Of a DNA stretch of 64,000 bases, positions 60,446 through 64,000 are shown one piece after another (within the stretch, counting starts at the first letter, position 1; each line of letters begins with the position of its first letter). The notes beneath the pieces were generated by a model. That model was given only the letters and a program-made list of their open reading frames with translations. It made no database searches and had not been told where the DNA came from. Location: contig CAVXCJ010000002.1 in assembly GCA_963760215.1 (NCBI GenBank), forward strand, positions 3,665,920 to 3,729,919, given 5' to 3'. Both the position numbers and the translations under genes were made by a program. The DNA is from Terriglobia bacterium (lineage in GTDB: Bacteria; Acidobacteriota; Terriglobia; Terriglobales; Acidobacteriaceae).

Positions 60446-60482
60446 CTAACTGGCCACCGGCCACTAGCCACAGACCACTACC
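60446..60482 (+). repeat. Tandem heptamer array (GGCCACN units; reverse complement of the AGTGGCC type)
   Basis: CTAACTGGCCACCGGCCACTAGCCACAGACCACTACC. Not complementary to the array at 60337. Confidence 0.85.
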
Positions 60483-60598
60483 TTTTGACCCATCGCCTCA
60501 CGATGAGTATCATGGCCGCGCCGAATTTCGTCGCTCGTGGGGGCGCGCAGCCGGTCAAGGGGTTCACCGCTGGTCTCTCTTTCAAGGAGGAATTACGT

Positions 60599-61936
60599 AT
60601 GGCGAAAAAGCGCAGTGGAAGCTTCACCCGAAGGGATTTCCTTAAGACCACCGGCGCCGCAGCCGTGGTGGCGGGAGCGGGTCCATATTTTCTGTTTCCG
60701 GAACGAGCGCAAGCGCAGCAGAAGACGCTGAAGATTGCGCAGTGGAGCCACTTCGTTCCCGAATACGACAAATGGTTCGACAACGAGTACACCAAGGCGT
60801 GGGGGCAGAAACACGACACCAATGTTGTGGTGGACCACATCAACCTCACCGAGATCAACGCTCGTGCCGCCGCCGAAGTATCGGCCAAGAAGGGACACGA
60901 CCTGTTCATGTTCCTGTCGCCTCCGGCGGCCTACGAACTGCAGACTGTCGATATGACGCACGTGTACCAGGAAGTCGAAAAGAGACACGGCAAGATGATC
61001 GACCTGGCACACAAGTCCACCTACAACCCGAAGACGAAGAAGTATTTCGCCTTTTCCGACTCCTACGTTCCCGATCCCGGCAACTATTACAAGGAGTGGT
61101 GGGCGGAGGCAGGCTATCCCAACGGTCCCGACACCTACGACGACCTGCGCACCGGCGCGAAGAAAATTCGCGACAAGCACGGCAACCCGTGCGGCATCGG
61201 ACTGTCGCAGGAACTGGATACCAGCATGGCGCTGCGCGCCCTGCTGTGGTCGTTCGGCGGCGCCGAGCAGGATGAGCACGGCAACGTGACCATCAATTCC
61301 AAGGCGACCATCGAGGCGCTCAAGTACATGAAGGCGCTCTACCAGGAGTCGGAGACGCCGGAAGTCTTCACCTGGGACCCGTCGTCGAACAACCGCGCCA
61401 TGCTCGCCGGCAAGACTTCGTACGTGGCCAACGCGATCTCGGTCACCCGGCAGGCGGAGCGGGAGCACAGTCCGATTTCCAGCCACATCATGATCTGCCG
61501 GGCGCCGAAGGGACCGGTACGTCGCATCGCGGCCGAACACGTGATGGACTGCTACGTGGTGTGGAACTTTGCCGAGAACAAGGACGGCGCGCAGCAGTTC
61601 CTGATTGACTACATCGACAACTTCAAGCAGGGCTTCGAGGCGGGCAAGTGGTACAACTTTCCCTGCTTCCCCAGCACCGTTCCGGACATCAAAAAGATCG
61701 TCCAAAACGACGCCGCAGCCGATCCGCATGACAAGTACAAGGTGTTGGCCGACGTGTTGGACTGGGCCACCAACGTAGGTTATCCAGGTTACGCCACAGC
61801 CGCCATTGACGAGGCATTCAAGACTTGGGTCATTCCCACCATGTTTGCCAAGGTTGCCCGCGGCGACGAGACTCCCGAAAACGCCGCCAAGGCGGCCGAA
61901 CAGGAGTACAAGCGTATCTTCGAAAGATGGAAATAA
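60599..61936 (+). CDS. ABC transporter substrate-binding protein (family 1, sugar type) with Tat signal
   Basis: 445 aa. AAGGAGG SD 8 nt upstream. 'TRRDFLKTTGAAAVVAGAG' twin-arginine signal. Confidence 0.8.
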   Translation: MAKKRSGSFTRRDFLKTTGAAAVVAGAGPYFLFPERAQAQQKTLKIAQWSHFVPEYDKWFDNEYTKAWGQKHDTNVVVDHINLTEINARAAAEVSAKKGHDLFMFLSPPAAYELQTVDMTHVYQEVEKRHGKMIDLAHKSTYNPKTKKYFAFSDSYVPDPGNYYKEWWAEAGYPNGPDTYDDLRTGAKKIRDKHGNPCGIGLSQELDTSMALRALLWSFGGAEQDEHGNVTINSKATIEALKYMKALYQESETPEVFTWDPSSNNRAMLAGKTSYVANAISVTRQAEREHSPISSHIMICRAPKGPVRRIAAEHVMDCYVVWNFAENKDGAQQFLIDYIDNFKQGFEAGKWYNFPCFPSTVPDIKKIVQNDAAADPHDKYKVLADVLDWATNVGYPGYATAAIDEAFKTWVIPTMFAKVARGDETPENAAKAAEQEYKRIFERWK

Positions 61937-61951
61937 CCGTTCGAGGGATCG

Positions 61952-62989
61952 ATGGCAGTTGTCGAAACCAGAAAACTAAGCAAGGTCTTCAAAGAGGGCG
62001 AACTCGGCGCCGTGAACGATGTGAATCTGGAAACTCGCGAAGGCGAGTTTCTGGTCTTCCTCGGTCCATCGGGATCGGGGAAGACCACGCTGTTGCGCAT
62101 GATCGCCGGCCTGGAAAATCCCACGGCCGGCGAGATTCGCATTGGGGGCCAGGTGGTGACCCACCTCACCCCGCGTGAGCGCGGCATCGCCATGGTCTTC
62201 CAGAGTTACGCGCTCTATCCCCACCTTTCCGTGTACAACAACATCGCCTTCCCGCTGAAGGCGCAAAAAGTTCCCAAGCAACTGCACAAGCAGAAAGTCG
62301 AGTGGGCCTCGTCGCTGCTGGGAATCGGCGCACTCTTGCAGCGCAAGCCGCGCGAATTGTCGGGCGGCGAGCGGCAGCGAGTCGCGCTCGCCCGCGCCAT
62401 CGTGCGCGAGCCTTCGGTCTTCCTGCTGGACGAGCCCTTGTCGAACCTCGACGCCAAGCTGCGCGCCAGCGCCCGCGAGGAGTTGGAACTGTTCCACAAG
62501 CGCGTCGGCACGACGACCATTTACGTCACCCACGACCAGGTGGAGGCCATGGCCATGGGCGACCGTGTCATGGTGCTGCACAAGGGATACGTGCGCCAGC
62601 TGGGCACCCCGCGCGAAGTGTACGACACCCCGGCCGACACCTTCGTCGCCACCTTCCTCGGCTCGCCGCCCATGAACCTGCTGGAGAATGGCGACTTCAT
62701 TGTCGGTTTCCGTCCCGAACATCTCCTGCCCACCGAACTCGCGCCGCAAGCGGCAATCACGTTTCGGCTTAAGGTCAAGATCACCGAGTACCTCGGCGCC
62801 GAGTGGATCCTATACGGCACGCCCGTCGGGGGAAAATTCGAGGGCAAGGAAGTCGTCTCGCGGCTCGCGTCCGCCGCGCAGTTCAAACCCGATGAGGTTT
62901 ACGACTTTGGGGTTCGCGAAGCCGACCTGCACTTCTTCGATCGCCACTCCGAGAAGCGGACCCAAGCCAAGGTGCTGGAATGGCAGTGA
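61952..62989 (+). CDS. ABC transporter ATP-binding protein (MalK/UgpC type)
   Basis: 345 aa. Walker A 'GPSGSGKTT', signature 'LSGGERQRVALARA', Walker B 'FLLDEPLSNLD', C-terminal TOBE-like domain. Confidence 0.9.
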   Translation: MAVVETRKLSKVFKEGELGAVNDVNLETREGEFLVFLGPSGSGKTTLLRMIAGLENPTAGEIRIGGQVVTHLTPRERGIAMVFQSYALYPHLSVYNNIAFPLKAQKVPKQLHKQKVEWASSLLGIGALLQRKPRELSGGERQRVALARAIVREPSVFLLDEPLSNLDAKLRASAREELELFHKRVGTTTIYVTHDQVEAMAMGDRVMVLHKGYVRQLGTPREVYDTPADTFVATFLGSPPMNLLENGDFIVGFRPEHLLPTELAPQAAITFRLKVKITEYLGAEWILYGTPVGGKFEGKEVVSRLASAAQFKPDEVYDFGVREADLHFFDRHSEKRTQAKVLEWQ

Positions 62990-63939
62990 GCAAGGCCCCG
63001 TCCGAGACGGTTGGCGTGGAGGAAGGGATTCCGGTCGCGATTCCCTGGCACCGCACCCCGGAAAACCGCGCCAAACTGCTGGGCGTGGCCATGTTTTCGC
63101 CCGCGATCATCTTCATCGCCGCGCTCATCGGCGTTCCCTTCATCCTGGCGTTTGTCTATGCCTTCACCGACGTCAGGGTCGGCAGCATCGAGTCGCACTG
63201 GGTCGGGCTGGAAAATTTCCGCAGTATCCTGCAGAGCCCCAGCTTCAGGAAGGCGCTGATGAATTCGTTCATTTTCACCATCATCTCCCAGGTGCTGGTG
63301 ATCGTCGGCTCCACCATCCTGTCGGTGGCGCTGAAGGAAAAATTCCACGGCCGCGGGTTTGTGCGCTTCCTGATCCTGCTGCCCTGGGTGGCGCCGATCT
63401 CCCTGGGCGCGATCGGCTGGAAGTGGATTCTCGATTCGCTGTATAGCGTCATCAACTGGGTGCTGGTGGCGCTGCATTTTTACCAACCATACTCCGCGCC
63501 CATGTGGCTCGGCGAACCGTATCTCGCAATGGCGTCGGTCATCCTGGTGCACACCTGGCGCCTGCTGCCGTTTTCCACCGTCATCATGCTGGCCGGCCTG
63601 ACCGCCATCCCCAAGGACATCCCCGAGGCCGCGCAGGTGGATGGCGCCGGTTTCTGGCGCACCCTGTTCCAGATCACCATTCCGATGATGCTGCCCATCA
63701 TCATGGTCGCGGTGCTGTTCGGCATCATCTTCACCTTTACCGACATGACCGTGGTGTACGTGCTGACCGCCGGCGGCCCGTACGATTCCACCCAGGTGCT
63801 GCCGTCGCTGGCCTTCTTCACCGGCATTCTCGCCGGCGACCTCTCCCAGGGCGCGGCGATCTCGCTGTTCCTGGTGCCAATCATGGTGGCGGTGACCTAC
63901 GTGATGTTGCGTCTGGCGTACAAGTCGGAGGTGGCGTGA
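62980..63939 (+). CDS. Sugar ABC transporter permease
   Basis: 319 aa, 6 TM, EAA loop 'EAAQVDGAGFWRTLFQITIPM'. Overlaps the ATPase gene by 10 nt. Confidence 0.88.
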   Translation: MAVSKAPSETVGVEEGIPVAIPWHRTPENRAKLLGVAMFSPAIIFIAALIGVPFILAFVYAFTDVRVGSIESHWVGLENFRSILQSPSFRKALMNSFIFTIISQVLVIVGSTILSVALKEKFHGRGFVRFLILLPWVAPISLGAIGWKWILDSLYSVINWVLVALHFYQPYSAPMWLGEPYLAMASVILVHTWRLLPFSTVIMLAGLTAIPKDIPEAAQVDGAGFWRTLFQITIPMMLPIIMVAVLFGIIFTFTDMTVVYVLTAGGPYDSTQVLPSLAFFTGILAGDLSQGAAISLFLVPIMVAVTYVMLRLAYKSEVA

Positions 63940-64000
63940 TGCAGCGCGGCGCCGCTCGGCCCGTCGGCCACGTCATCGCGCGCTGGGCTGTCCTGGTGGT
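63939..64000 (+). CDS. 5' end of a further CDS, probably the second ABC permease (window-truncated)
   Basis: The ATG overlaps the preceding TGA by 1 nt (GTGATG). Only 20 codons are visible, so the function is inferred from operon position alone. Confidence 0.4.
   Translation, partial: MQRGAARPVGHVIARWAVLV

Noticed and set aside
60337-60482. The two heptamer arrays after the M24 gene, considered as arms of one long hairpin
   Set aside because: AGTCKTC units and GGCCACN units are not complementary. They are independent arrays about 80 nt apart.
1-64000. Search for tRNA, rRNA, tmRNA, RNase P, known riboswitches, toxin-antitoxin pairs, restriction-modification or other defence systems, and prophage genes
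   Set aside because: I recognised nothing of these kinds in any intergenic region or ORF translation. The intergenic space is accounted for by the repeat families. This was a scan by eye, so Infernal/Rfam and defence-system HMM scans would be needed to be conclusive.

Overview
High-GC chromosomal segment. I found no rRNA, tRNA or CRISPR by eye. The gene content points to Acidobacteriota, which is an inference: a TIGR03436-type VWA protein, a barrel protein of over 1100 aa that starts with a CarboxypepD_reg-like domain, DUF5916-type barrels, and TPR-rich secreted proteins. I call about 53 CDS. Housekeeping genes include polA, glmM, cobB, pepE, panE, a tightly coupled argC-argB-argD-GNAT-argJ operon, and rimP-nusA-infB-DUF503-rbfA-nrnA. 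There is also an envelope/secreted cluster, a sugar ABC transporter and one intact IS element. Notable proteins are a cNMP-sensor-fused GspE/PilB ATPase divergent from a GAF-HD-GYP phosphodiesterase, and a VKOR-DsbA-rhodanese triple fusion. No defence island, prophage or toxin-antitoxin module is recognisable. The most unusual content is non-coding. (1) About 17 intergenic arrays consist of 3-5 tandem 6-10-nt units, with a different unit sequence at each locus. Many pair with an inverted array to form hairpins with periodic arms that fill intercistronic gaps. (2) Three GC-rich repeat/hairpin families have every copy in the same orientation on the + strand, whatever the strand of the neighbouring genes. 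(3) Copies of these hairpins sit in frame inside polA, a GT39 glycosyltransferase and the argD 3' end. At least four single-nucleotide frameshifts break otherwise intact genes (argJ twice, an alcohol dehydrogenase, a DUF885 protein). These are either real pseudogenes or assembly indels. All calls come from reading the sequence and ORF translations; no database search was run.
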